Below, one piece after another: positions 48,197-61,592 of a DNA stretch of 64,000 nt. The position numbers and the translations under genes are program-made. Where the stretch lies: NCBI GenBank assembly GCA_030704615.1, contig CM060732.1, positions 68,138,001 to 68,202,000 of the forward strand, written 5' to 3'. The notes below the pieces were generated by a model. The model saw nothing but the letters and a program-made list of their open reading frames with translations. It ran no database searches and was not told where the DNA came from. Every line of letters begins with the position of its first letter. The stretch's first letter is position 1. The DNA comes from Takakia lepidozioides (taxonomy: Eukaryota; Plantae; Bryophyta).

Positions 48197-51100
48197 CTAG
48201 ACTGCAAGAGTTGGCCATGTGGCTTGTGCTGACATGATAATCCCCACAATGACACCGAAAAGACCAAGGGCACTACCAAAGATTTCAATCACCAAAATCT
48301 TCACAAATAGAGAGGAGTTCTGAGCATCAGAAAGTGCACAGCTGCTGCCGATAATGCCAACACACAGCCTGCCAATTAAAACAACTTGGAATTAGGGAGC
48401 AGATGGAGATTGCTTAGATGTAAGTAACGGGGCTAAAGGAAGAGACGAAGTTAGCAGTCACCCCACCAGATGATTCCATCAAGTGACTGTTGCATAGTCT
48501 CTCCAATGAAATACTTCTCGAAGTGAAGGGACCTTTTTACCTCTATCACAGAGTTCATTACACCCACTATCTTTCTGCTTGAACGTGTGTGGACACAAGG
48601 ATATTCTCTGGCACTCTTGAACTTAGGATTGAATTGTCAAAGGTTGTACAGAAAGTGACTAATCTAGTCAATGAACAAAGCCCAACCACCCCCTACATGA
48701 AGTTCATTCTATTGCCGTACGTCGATAAAATCTCCAGCTCAGCGAGATGGAGCTTCTGCACAGAAGGACACAAAAAGAGGAAACACACTACACCAGAACA
48801 AAAAAGTGAACAGATGAATAACAGAAATATGAGACGTACCCACAAACCAGATTTGCGAAGCCAACAATGATCCCTGAGGCAAAGAGGGAATAGCCAGCCC
48901 GCATGGCATCGGGATGGTGAGGATCTGCTGTACTCTCCAACTTTGTCTGTAGTATGATGGCAACAATCACACCATAGATAGCCACAGCCTCACAAAAAAT
49001 CACACTGCATAAACCCACCAAATGAGAAAATTTCATCAGAGGCTTCTGCAGCCAGAGCAAGATAATTTAGTTGCTCAATTTTATTTGTGTGCAGACTGCC
49101 CCGGGGAGAGAGAGAATGTACTCATAAGACGTTGTTTGTTGTTTGCCTGAGCCTTGTGAGCATAGACCCGCACCCAATTTGGGTGGAACAAGAGGGAACA
49201 GACACTACCTTTGTGAGAGGCTCACTCCAACAGTGGGACTTACCTTGATATAACCTATTAGTTCGGGCTTTCCAGATTTCCTCTGGAAGCCCTTCACACC
49301 AGCATCAATCTGCTGTGTGTGAGCTGCCCAGCAATTAGACCCCAACATAGCCATGGCTTTAGGCTCTGCTAGGTCAGCTTTTGAAAGTTGGTGCATAGAG
49401 GTGCAGGGGCATATTCTTGTTGTTCCTCAGAGGGCCGCACTCTGATGAGAATACCCCGGCCATTGGATCAGAAACTGGATATTGTCTTCAGGCCACCCCC
49501 ACATCGGGCATTGACGATCTCCCTTTCCATTCTGCATCCGTTTATTGTTCAAAGGTAGACTTGCATTTCAGTCTAGTGCTGAGGGTAGGTAGGCCCTTTG
49601 ATCAACCTTTCCAGAGAGAAAAAATGTACTCATTAAGACAAGTTTAGGGTTGACGGAGACAGAGAGAGAGAGATGGATCATAGGGTGATTCAGGGTCATG
49701 TCAAACCTAGAAAGAATCTGATAACAACCCCCAAGTCAATACCCCAGATCCACATTCACATAAGCCATCTTCATCAAAATCCCGACCAAAGGTGTTGGCC
49801 CAATAATGTCCATACAAGAGATGAATTGGACAAGCTGATAAGGTAAAATTCAGACAGAGAGTATCCTGAGAAAGTATTATGAATCCAGTAAAGTACTTGC
49901 ACAACAAAAGCCATACAGGTCAATATTGATCCAGGATTCAAAGTGGGGAAAACAAACGTACCTGATCAGGTTCTTCGAAGTTATCCTGGGAGCCTTGATA
50001 GCTGCTCCTATGAGACTACTCCCTGTTATATAAATGCCCCTGTATTGCCCAAAGCAAGCCATCTAGTAGTTAGCTGCCCAGACCCATAAAGATGTTGTAG
50101 ACTTGTGGAGTCCAGTGATAAAGCCAACCCGATAGGGTGCACCCAATCTCGGTATGGAACTGCCATTCTTCTCTCGCATACCATGTGTTAAAACCCCCAA
50201 AGAACAGGGGAAGAAAGGGTGTAAGGCCGGGGGAGATCAATCAGCCACTACTATTGCAAAAAGCTCACTCCACTTGTCAGTCTTGTTTTTAGAATGAAGT
50301 CGATTGTGCTCTTCACAGATATCTGGTGTAACTTTCCAATTTATTATCAATTTGGAGCGAGTGCACCTTAATTCACCTTCTTCCCAGCTGTGTTAAATGA
50401 CTGTCCAGAGATAGGATACCACTAATGTTGAGGACCCTGAGGGTCCAGAAAACATCTATACCTCCAATAGAGCCTGCCTGTTATCCCTCGGAGCTAACCC
50501 GAATGCAGACCTGAGTTGGCCGGTTGAATTGACTACAATCCTGACATGCTTGATCAGCTCGACGTGAAGGCCACCCTAAAACCTTTATCGTTTATGAATT
50601 CAGGTAGTGAATGCACTTGCTAGAAGCAGAAGCGGCATGTTAGTGGTCTCGATGGCCACAGAGAAATCTGAGGAAGAAGAGAGCCCTTGCGCAATGAGCC
50701 CACGCCATTCTCAAGCCCGTTTGGGTCCATTGAGAAGGAGGACCTTAAAGGCCCGCAGTAATAAGTAAAGTAGCTTTCACCCGGACCAATGCCAAGAGTA
50801 TCAACAAACACCCTTGGCCATGGCAACACATTAGTACCAATTGTGACCAGAAGGCATCGATTACATCAACCATCCAAAGGAGCTGGTTTGGACTAGTAAG
50901 ATAAAGATCTTTAAACCCCTGTTCCTAGGTGTAGTGATTTGGATTACAACCAAAAAACCCGCCACCAGATGGAAGACACAACCAAAAACGTGGTTCAGTC
51001 ATTCTTCCAGTAGCTAAGGCCGCGTTCTCATTTCCTATGTGGGTTTGTCCGTACTGATCAGTGCGAGAGAGCGAGCGAGAGAGAGTGAGTGAGTGTGTGT

Positions 51101-51232
51101 GTGAGGAAGGGAGAGTTACCAGGAGGCTCCCAGAACAGAAACACCGATTGACAGGGCAATTCCCATAGCCGAGAAATAATAGGGTGAAAGGTATAGCAAT
51201 GCATGCGTCCATTCATGCCACCAGGTCCCCAT
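48197..51232 (-). CDS. VHA-c'': V-type H+-ATPase proteolipid subunit c'' (175 aa). Exons 51232-51120, 50039-49962, 49004-48840, 48368-48197
   Basis: [60 protein letters not shown]...[27 protein letters not shown]; exon lengths sum to 528 nt. Confidence 0.95.
49115..49640 (-). mobile_element. Diverged truncated LINE copy plus a mini 3' end in VHA-c'' intron 2
   Basis: GAGAGAGAATGTACTCATAAGACGTTG terminus; [13 protein letters not shown]; second AATGTACTCATTAAGAC at ~49623. Confidence 0.85.
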
Positions 51233-52426
51233 CACTCACACGCAGAGCTGAGAAAAAGCGAAGTCCTGCCCCGCTCAAAACTGCAAGAAAGGCTCCCCAA
51301 ATTCGAGGATCTACGAGACCCCGATCAAAACTTGCTCAACTAGATCCGAGCAACACTCCGACCGATGCAATCCAACACAAAACAGATTCAAGCACAGCGA
51401 TGGCGGGGGGGGGGTAGGAAGGAGGGTTTCTTCAGTGAGAACCACCAAACAGCAGGGCTCCTTGGAATGGACAAGCGCCACGTGGTTGGGACGTTGGGAC
51501 CCACAAGAGCCAAGCCCCTTAAGTTTTTTTTGGGCTCACAATCATTATCCCATATCGTTTGCACATATCTGATCTAGACCTAATTCTTTCATGCTGGCGG
51601 TGTTCATGCAGAGCATGAACTGTCATCCTTGTTGGGAAAAAAGCCAACAAGAAATGCCTGGACCATAGCTTTTAGTCTTGGTCTTCGTCCAGTTGCCACA
51701 CATAAGAAGATTCATCTTCTTTTGCACTTGGGCTTGTTCAGATGAGGAGATGCTTCCATACACTGGCTGTTGATGAAGGCTGCGTACATTCTTTTTACAG
51801 GGTCTTGAAGAGAGATCAAGGCGATGTAGTCAAGATGTTGTCCTGCAGCAGGACTCAAATCACATAGTTTACATTTGAAGTCTCAGAGCTGCCAAAGCAT
51901 CATCAAATTGACGTGAATACATCACAATATATGTGGTATCTCGGTATCATGTTGCTATAATCAACCCAACTTCTCAGAACAATGCTGACACAAACTTCAA
52001 GATCAAGTAATCTAGAGCATTCCTCTTCTACCTCCGGCACATGCCCACCTCACACATTTGACAGGACGATACTTGATGTGATGTATAGGGAAGAATCGGG
52101 GAAAAACGTCCAGTAATGCTAGGACTTCTATCACAAATTTTCACATTTTCAAGCTCAAAAACCTCTCTATTACGTCTGTACAAAAATGATGACATTTACA
52201 ATGGATCGCCCATTTGAGCAGACCAATTTTAGCAGAGATGTTTCAGCACAAAAAATTAAGCCTAAACCTTAGACTTAAGGATGCATGTGCATATTACTGA
52301 AACAAATGAGCCTCTATCTCGAACATGTGACTCAGAAGCCTAACTTATGTGGACCATATTAACACAAAAAGGACCCAAATGGCTGCCCATGGTAATATGT
52401 CACTTTCCAAAGTGGGCAACCCAGGC

Positions 52427-55400
52427 TCATAAGATGCCTTTCAGCAGGTTGCGCCACTTGTCCTTGAGATCAACTGTTGTGCGGCTTGCATCAAACTTGC
52501 CAGAGCCAAATTCCCGAATGGATTTCCATGAAAATCCCCAGTTCCCGTCACGAGAGTAGCGGCGCACCCCCTCCTGCATCCCAAACAAGCAAAACTTATC
52601 GAGTACAACTTGCAAAAGGGTCCAGAGCTAAGATTACTTTCAGTGGAGTCACCAGAGTTGGGACAAATTGGCTTCCACAATGTTCACTACTTCCAACATG
52701 ACAAAGAAAGCCAAGGGAAATGGGGCAACGGACCGGAACCCTCCACGAAGTCTCCAGGGGAGTTATAATCTGAAATCTCCTCACCACAGACAGGAAGGTG
52801 AGGAGTCTTTCCTGGGAACCACTTCTGTTTCCACTATGACTGTCTAGTCAAAGTGCTTTAGGCACTTTCGGAGCAGTGATCCAGTACTGTTGGTGACAGG
52901 ATCTTCTTGCCCGAGATGGCTTCTGCATCCCAAAGTTTGAGTGTTCGGGTTCCGAAGCTTTTGCCTTCGCTTTTCCTTCTCGGCCCTCTTTTATTACCCT
53001 CTTTTGGCATTTCCTGCCTTTCTGGATTCTTTGCGTTTATGGCTCTCTCTGCTTTCCTGAGAGGTTTCCTAGTCAAAATTGAGACGGAGGTGGCAAAATG
53101 GGACAGCAAAGTTCACCAGTTCCTATTCTCTTATGGCCGTAATCCATTGCGTCTTCGAGCTCCACAGCAAATTGGGCAGGCTTCCATAGAAATTTTTGCC
53201 ACCCACGGATATCAACAACTTGGCACTTTCCTCTTAAAACTATGAAATAAAATAAGAAACAAGAAGTACGTCTGTGGGTTGGTCAACAAACCTTCAAAAC
53301 ATCCTCTTCCTCTTTGGTCCACGGAAGGATTTTCCGACGTAAACCTGGAATTTTACGACGGCCACTGCAGACAACCCAACATCAAAGTCACTCGCAAAAG
53401 ATGAACATACTGAGTTAAAATGAACAGAGGTGGTTTGTTGTCCAAACTTGGCAACTCGCGTTGAAAGCAGCTCTATCTGTCTTTAAGAAACATAACTTAT
53501 CCCTCCCTCTCTCTTGCACATGCACCCAGGAGAAGTGAGTGATAAATTTGACAAAAATCTATATGACTGGCAATGTGCCACCAGGCACATGGCATATCTG
53601 TAATAAGGTCGGGCATTAACATCAGCAGTGCCCTGTTCTCTAGTATATGTCACCACCAGCCCCCATGATGGCATACAGCCTATCCTTACGATACTTCCCG
53701 TTCTGACAACTGCAGGGCCGATTAGATGGCCCAGTGGGGAAACCCTACGACCTGCTCCATGAAGGTTAAATTTCTTGGGTACCCTTCCTTCCAGTGCCTC
53801 ACTTCGGAGGGAGTGGATGCTTCTTTCTCCCTTGGCTGAAAAATTGCATCATGGGACCCGTTCTTAAACCCGTAAATGGACAGCACTAACAGTTTTTAGG
53901 AAATTCCAAATTTTTTCTAGAATTTTCACCTGTAAACTGGCATGCGACGGCTCCCCTCTGCTTTGTCACCGAAGTCCTCCTCCAGGTCACCATCATGCTT
54001 GTCCCCATCAACCTCCCCGTAGACTGCATTCATTCGATCCCCACCCCTAGGTCCCATGGGAGGAGGGTCGCCACTCTCCAATCCAGAAGCTCGCCTTCTT
54101 TCCGTTGCAGCCTCAGAAGTCCTCAGCCTCACCTTCCCTCCCTCTCTGTGCTCTCCAGCATTGTTGCTTACTGGCTGTTCTCTAGACCTAAATTCTTGCT
54201 CATTGGCACTTGACCTTTGCTCTCTGCCACTACTGGATTTTTCATTGTCAGCAGCACTCTGTGCACGAGGATGCTCAACCTGTCTGTTGTCTCTCTGTGC
54301 ATCACTGTCTGAATCTTCGGAAACTGTTAAATGGAGCGACACCCTCTGATGTTCTGGCATGGGAGACAAGTTGCCTTCTGTGCAATCCCTTCTCAAACCA
54401 CTCTTTCTGGTGTTTGGACTTTCTTTGCTTTGCCTCTTGGTAACCAAAACCCTCCCTTCACCATCATTAGGTTGTCCACTCACTTTGTCTTCTTTACCTG
54501 TTTTGTTACCTTGTTTCAAAGAGTTGAGCTGTCGACGGCGGTGTTTTATTAGGCTCTCTCTCATGAATGACTCTCGCTTCTCCCGGGCCATAGCTGCCAT
54601 CTGCAAGATGACAGTTTGCAAACATGCAGGTCATTCGAATTAGAGGTTTAGCAGATACTCATCTTTATTTGGACTTGGTTGATGCGTACAGAGACCCCTT
54701 CCACACCCAGCTCTGGCAAAGAGAGTATGGTTACTCATAAAACTAAAGAACGTCAAGAACCGCCACAGAGAGACTTGCAACTAGCTCACCTGCTTCGCTG
54801 CAGCAACACGCTCCATAGCCCTTTTCTCCATGCAGACAGGGCAAAACCACTCTTCATGAAGACCAGGGACGTTTAAATCAAGAAGCTTCAAACAACTTTG
54901 GTGCATGGCTATGGGACATCCATCACAGCACAGCAGGTTCCCAAACTTCTTGCACTTGTGGCATCTCTCCTCGTGCCCATCACTGCCAATTTCAAGAAAT
55001 TGCAGTGGACCCATGTTTTCTCTCTCTTCAACTATGCCACGTTTTCTCTTCCCCTCTTTCTCGTATTCCGTCTCCTGCTCTCTATTTTCCTCATTCGCAT
55101 CTTCCATCTCTGATCTATTTTGTTGCTGCGGATCAGTTTCCACATTCCCCTGATAAACAGCCACAGACACCATATTGATGTGAGTCCTGTCACCAAAATG
55201 GTAAGTCATTTCATCGACCCATTGTTCCCAAATTCAATAGGTCCAAGGTTCTGACACTACCCAGCAAACTTTCAAAAGTCATTTTGGTTGTAGCTACAGG
55301 AGAACAAATGAAAAGGAATAGACTCTGCAAGTTTACCTCCACATGTAGTGATCTGATGGGCTCCTCCATTCTGTCTAAGGCCTTGCTTTTCTCCTCATTC

Positions 55401-58299
55401 GATTGCCCTTTTGAGTCATCACTGCCACTTGGTATATGTATCACCTGCATCCACCAGAACATCATTCTTGGATTGTTTTTCCTCACCTTAAATAAAGATG
55501 GGCTACTAGTTGTCTATCAACGTCCCCATTAGAGTTAGCAAGATAGATGGTCTCCAACACTGTCATGAGTTTCCATAGTATCTGCTTCTGAACTGGAAAC
55601 AAAATGGTTAATTCATTGATCACCAACACTTTCAAAGAGGGAGAGACCAAGGCAAGGTGAACAGACAATCCTAAACTCCTTTCTAAGGGGATTGTTGATT
55701 AGGTTCTCAGCAAGTAAGATGCTGATTCCTGACTACAAGCATTGAGACTGCCACTGCACTGTGAACAAGCCTCTGACCCCTTCCCCTTCACCACCCAAAT
55801 CTAATGATAGGACCATCAAAAATCCATCTCAGATCATGACCAAAACCATCTTGAACACAAGACTATATTGAGTTCTATGACTACCATCACCCACCCCTAG
55901 GCTCTGGTACAATACCTGTGTATCACAGTCCGAGTCCACATTTTGAGGAGTAATATATTTGCTGCATTCCCCCATGCGCGAGGCCACCATTGGTGGGGTA
56001 GCTTGCTCTGTCTGCTCAGCTGCAACTTTGCGAAGAAAACCTCCTTTCAAAGGACTAGATTCCGTTATGGCTCTCCCCAAACTGTCCCTTTTCCTCAGAG
56101 ATTTAGCAGGGCTTGCATCAAGATTTCCAGCATACAGACTAGTCCTGTTACTTCTCTGATTGTCTACATCGAGCACCCTCACATCTTCATCACTTCTGCT
56201 CACCTCCTCCACATTCAAACACATCTGCCTCCCTCTTTTCCTTGAAGCCATTCCTTTCTGTCTTCCTCCCTCTATACCTTCCTCTGACCCTTTCCCTTGA
56301 TTGCTGTCATCCTCTGCTTCCTTCGCACCTTCTACTTCAGTTCCCATCTCTCCCTCTCTCAGAGCACTCGCACGCTTGTCATGTGGAGAACGTTGCTTGA
56401 GCCCTGCTCTCCTCACACCTGAGGCCCATCCTTCTCTCTCTTGCTCTTCATTCAATTCAATGTTCCTATTAATACCACACTCCTTTCTCATATCAACAGC
56501 ATTTGTAGCATCTGTATACTGATTTGCTTGTGCTGCTGCCCGATGTTGCCTCTCAGGAGAGTTTGTTGCGGGAAAGGGTACATTGCCTTCCAGGAAATCC
56601 TTTGCAAGCTGAGATAAAGCAACTGTCATCCAATTAGCAAGCCTTTGGAGACAAAACAACTCAAGCTTCCCAACACAAGGGCACAAATGCACAACATCAT
56701 CTCACATTGTGATCAGCAATAAGAAAATAAGAGCGCATTCTCACCTGGTGTAAGAAAATGCTCGGGAAGGAATCCTTCTTCTGCTTCACAAAGTAGAGCA
56801 CATCAAGTTGCAGTTTGTCCAGGGGGTATCTGGCAAGCACTTTTGCAAGACCTGACTCTGTTTGGTTCTCAGGCTGGTACAACAAACACAAAGAATCATG
56901 CCAATACCAAAATTGACTTACTGAAAAAGTGGCACAGCACAGATGACAATCACATCCCCCCTCTTACCTGTCAAACACCACCCTGGGTGAACATTTCTTG
57001 TTGCAGTCACTTGAATGAGTTCCCATCATGGGTTGTTAACTGATAATTGATGTTAATAATTGTGATAGACAAATGCTGCAAAGCACAACATGACATCAAC
57101 TGTTGGATAAGCAGCACAATCTGACAATAAGGGAGTACTCATGTCAATAAAAGGGAGCCCTATTTCAAGAATAAGAGTTGAGGCTCACCAGCAGCAGTGC
57201 AGCGAGTTCTCTCCGGTGATCCACATGAGCTGAGTCTTTATCATCCCTGGGGAACACATGTTCCAATGCACTGACAAAGCCTGTCCAGTCTCTTCCACTA
57301 CCACTGCCCCCTCTCACCAATGAAAGAACAGCCTGAGACAAGGAGAAACGTGCTCAGTGTATACAGTGGCAATTGATCATTAAAATGGTCTGGTCCATGC
57401 CAACTACATTAACTGTCCGCCGCTCCCGCAACATCCACCCTACCAGTTTGACCAAGCCCGCATGCCTGGTTGGTTCAATTTGTCCAGCACTTCTTTCAGT
57501 CGTCCCTCCTTACAGGTTGTCCTCATATCCCCATTGCTAAGTAAGAAGCTCACCAAATCAAAAACCGCCTGAGATGGGATAGTCCTTATTGTCACGGACA
57601 TTAAACAACATCCCATTCCACTTTCCCTCCTGTATACAATGTGGGTGTCTAGATTTGATTACTAAGTTTTCAGTAGATTGAATCCTAAGTAAAATTCAGT
57701 GTGTATCTTTGAAATTTTGTCTAAACAAACCACAGAGCAAGAATCGTTGAATGTGGAAGACCTATCCTCCTATCATAGCTGACGCCCCACCTCTATTTCA
57801 ACCCGAAGGACAAGCTCTCCATCTAGCCTCTGCTTTACACTCGAAGTTTTCTGGACTGGCGCTCCTGGATCCTGCCCAGTTAGTGTCTTGATCAGAGGAA
57901 TTGCAGCTGCATCCAATTTATTTGACGCCATCATTTCTTCTAGGTACCGCACGGCGACCCTTTCCAGTAACAGGCGGCAATGGGGCTCCTCTATGTCAGG
58001 GACAAGGGTAATTATCTCTGCAGTTGCAACACACAGCCATGGATTTTGACCTAATAAGGATACCGAAATGAACCATAAGCTCAGCATCAAAGCAAAATAA
58101 CACAGGATTGAGCCGCAAAATCCTCATGTTTGGACAGTTTACAACCCTAATATACTAACAGCACGGGATTCGCGAGCGGACCTTTGAGAAATCCCGTTCC
58201 GAAATCCGGGAGGCCTAGCAGCTTCTCTAGTATCCATTTCCAGGCAACGCCTGGCGTATAACCTGGTGCACCGAGTCCCCCAGCAAGAGCAGAGGCCAT
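52427..58299 (-). CDS. TRF-like (TRFL) protein with a PHD finger and C-terminal telobox Myb domain; multi-exon, internal boundaries approximate
   Basis: N-terminal WKWILEKL helical region; PHD CHKCKKFGNLLCCDGCPIAMHQSC...WFCPVC (~54830-54965); Myb RRKILPWTKEEEDVLK|EGVRRY...W..I...RTTVDLKDKWRNL. Confidence 0.82.
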
Positions 58300-58950
58300 C
58301 GCTGCAGCAGCGGTAGCCTGTAAGTCCTTCACAAAGGACCTGTAAACAAACTTCACTAGCTTCCTCCTCAGGATGTCCCGAATTCAAAAGCTTAGACGAA
58401 TCTCAGAGTGCCCCTAATCACAACCTGTGCGTGCGACTGCTACACCCAATCAGGGGAAGACGACGAGGAAGAGAGAGGAGGGATTCCTTCGCACCTCTCA
58501 TAACCGGAAAACGAAAAAATGAGACGAAATGGGAACTGCTGCGAGAAAAGAACCACTGGATTAATTCAACACTTGCATATCTCCCCCTCCATGTCACGAA
58601 TCCAAGATGTAAACCTGCTCCAAATGGATCCATCTGCGCCCCGCTTGCCGAGGAAGACGATGGCCCGCTCGATCGAGCAACGAGTACCCGAATGAGATCC
58701 CGAAATGTCGTCGCGTCGTCCGGGACCTTATATGGGACATATGGGACATATCTGGAACATTCTTGTCCCGCTCTTCTATCTCTCTCAGATTTGGCAGACT
58801 GTGGGTCTGTTTCGCGCGGGGGAGGAAAAGAACCAACACCCAGATTGTTCTTCAGAGCAGGAGTTGCATGTGGAGTTTGTGAGAGAAGGAACAAGATCTT
58901 GTTGAATTGATTCTGTTTTGCCTTTACAGTCTTTGCAAGGATTCAAGGCG

Positions 58951-59310
58951 ATGGTGGATTGGTGGTGGGGGGTGGTGGGGGCGGTGGTACCGGCGCTGGT
59001 GGTGCGCCAGGTGGTGAAGACGAATCGGGGGCGGGAGGAAGAGCAACTGCGCGGGCGAGACAGCAAGAGCTCGACTGACACTTTTGTGTGTGAGCGCGTC
59101 TGTACCTCCAAGCGGATGCTGAACAAGGTGGGGGCATTCTCCAAGGACCCGACCCCAGACACCTGTGTCACAGTGTGCGGGGTAAGCGAGGTGGACGCCT
59201 GCGCAGAGGCTTGTGCTCGCTCCGTGTGCGCAAATGCGCACCATGTTCCTAATTGGAATGACATTTGCATGCGCCGTTGCCAGACCCAGTGTTTGAAGGC
59301 ACGCACTTGA
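58951..59310 (+). CDS. Conserved uncharacterised small Cys-rich plant protein (At5g64816-like), 119 aa
   Basis: MVDWWWGVVGAVVPA hydrophobic N-terminus; FVCERVCTSKRML.KVGAFSKDP.PDTCVTVCGVSE.DAC..ACAR.VC...VPNWNDIC.RRCQ..CLK recalled from the Arabidopsis protein. Confidence 0.85.
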   Translation: MVDWWWGVVGAVVPALVVRQVVKTNRGREEEQLRGRDSKSSTDTFVCERVCTSKRMLNKVGAFSKDPTPDTCVTVCGVSEVDACAEACARSVCANAHHVPNWNDICMRRCQTQCLKART

Positions 59311-61592
59311 TCACTGTTATCCCTCTCTACAAGTAAGTTTCAGATTTTGGGTTCTCTGGTTGCCGCCCCCTTCCTCTCCCTCTCCTGCAAGTAGGTTGAA
59401 AGCCTGCTTCCATAACCTTCACAGAGGAGGGGGGAGGGGCCATAGGACCGGGCAATTTATTCCATCTCTGGCATGCCGCCGTGTTTTCCATTTTTTTTTG
59501 CACCAAGTTTCTTGTCAGCAATTTGGTGACAGGAAGGTTCCTTGTCAACACAAGCGCTGAAAACTATGTCTTATGCGGGTGCTTGACTTCCATCTGGCAA
59601 ATATTGAGGCAATGATTGCTGCAGTTCTTCACAGGTGCACATGCCAATGTAACTCTCTGGTTAGTTGTCGGTCTCAATCGGTCCTTCATGTCGAAGCTGA
59701 CTGTATGTAGTCAGTGGCCCTCAGAGGTGATCTTTCAGAGTTTCACCATCAGTGTTGGGGAATTGTGGCAGTAACCTGCCTTCCATGTGGCCCAATTTGT
59801 CTTGCAATGTAGTGACAAGTTGCGGAAACGAGATACACTCCAAGTTTACCAAGAAGGAGCTAGAGGTTGTAAGAGTGATCTTTGCCTATCCAGTAGTGAG
59901 TACAAGCACCTCTTTGGGGCATTTTATCTGTCTGTCTCCGTCCCTGTTGCATGTACGCTTTTTGCAGCATTAGTTTTTTTTTACAAGGTCTGAAAAGCTA
60001 AGGTCTTACAAGCTGAGTGTGCATTGTGCGATGCAGGACAGTGACCAACGGGACTCAATCAACAGGTGAGAGGAAAAGGAGTCCATGGATGTGAATCCAT
60101 ACCACGGTTCATGCCGGATGCACGGGCAAGGCCCTCAGGATAGTGGGGTAAAATGCTGATGACCTAAAAGCTGCCAATTAGCACGAAAGAAAGAGGTCAG
60201 CTGAGATAAATTGACCAGCCCTGTTTTTGGTTCTTTGGCCTAAAGTTATGACAGCTTTAGTCCAGCTCATGCCCCCCCTCTAGGGGTTGAATTTTTGTAC
60301 ATCTTCCAATTTTTTAGAAATAAAATGTAGGGTTCTGCTGAATCTTATGGTCAGAGAAGATCCAGAGGCAAATGAAGCATTGGACAAGGCTCCAGGGGTG
60401 CCACTCTTCAAATAGCTATTTCAGCATCAAATGACACACCCGTGCTAACCTTGGGAAGGTGCCAGTAAATTAGCCCCAGGAGGCTGAGGAGGGCCTGAGG
60501 TTGCATGCTCTTGCATTCTTCTGCAGCCAACCTGTAGGTTTTCTGCTTCTACTGCCATCTTGCTCATGACTGTTGAGGATTGTCATGGTGGGATGTTGGA
60601 GGTGGTAAACAAAGAAAAGTCTCCAAGCTATTATGAATCAGCCCTTGCCAACATAGGGCTCTGAAAATCGATATTGGCCCACACAGCTCAGAAGGAGGCT
60701 GACTTAGAAGTGGAGTTCTTTTCGAAGACCGAGGAAGACACAACGGACCCAACTTTAGCACACAGCATGCCATGGCTGGCAGTTACTCTCCAAGAAACTG
60801 AATCAAGTCAGTTGTTCAATGTGTGTAGACAATGAGATTCTTGCTGCGAAGCTCAAGAAAATTTTGCCACCAAGTACAATAGGAATGTGGAATTATGTCT
60901 AGTTTGATGGAATTTTCCCCAAGCGTGAAGTAACTTGATGTCTAATCTGAGCCAGTTCTTCACACCACCTATAACTTTAGTGCATGTGGAAGTTTGTCTT
61001 CAATCACAGGCACCCCGCAATTCAGGTCTCTGGAGAGTCATATATACATTCCAATTTTGATACTCACCAATCTATCATGATTACTCTCCAAGTCAATTAT
61101 GGCCATGACTTCTTGCATTCTCAATATTTTCCCTGTCTTTGCCTTTTCCCAGCTCGTCGGTGGTGTTATTTCTGGAGATGGGTTCGGCCTCACCTTTGGG
61201 TGTTTTGTGTTTTATGGCATCACGAGGGTTTAAAATTTTCCCTCCTATCACTAAAATTTTGGATATAATTCCACATCATGAATGGTCTATGAATACTTTT
61301 TATAATGCTTAAAGGCAACAGACAACTTGAGCACTTATCCTGGGTTACAGTACAACCGGACTCTCTGCAAGCTTTATCCATCAGTCAACCAAGCTTCAAG
61401 AGGCCATGGCTCATAAATACCCCACCTACTGTGTATGCAAACACTAGTCAAGGGCCCAGAAGTACGCCCATTCTGGCACAGTAACAGCAATGGCACCAAA
61501 CCTGTAAATAACAAACCATGCATGTGTACCCCAAGTAGGGGGGCTGGGCTATCCAGGGGTGGCCAAATAGACAGAAACTTCTCTTCTGGGGA

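Noticed and set aside
50470-50495. LSU rRNA fragment or homing-endonuclease site (GGGATAACAGGC on the minus strand)
   Set aside because: Only 12 nt match; the flanks do not follow rRNA sequence
52600-53245. Nested gene or extra exon in the last TRFL intron
   Set aside because: Short, stop-interrupted frames with no recognisable homology; the flanking Myb exons splice in frame without it
58418-58910. 158/159-aa overlapping ORFs between the divergent genes
   Set aside because: Likely chance ORFs in GC-rich promoter/5'UTR sequence
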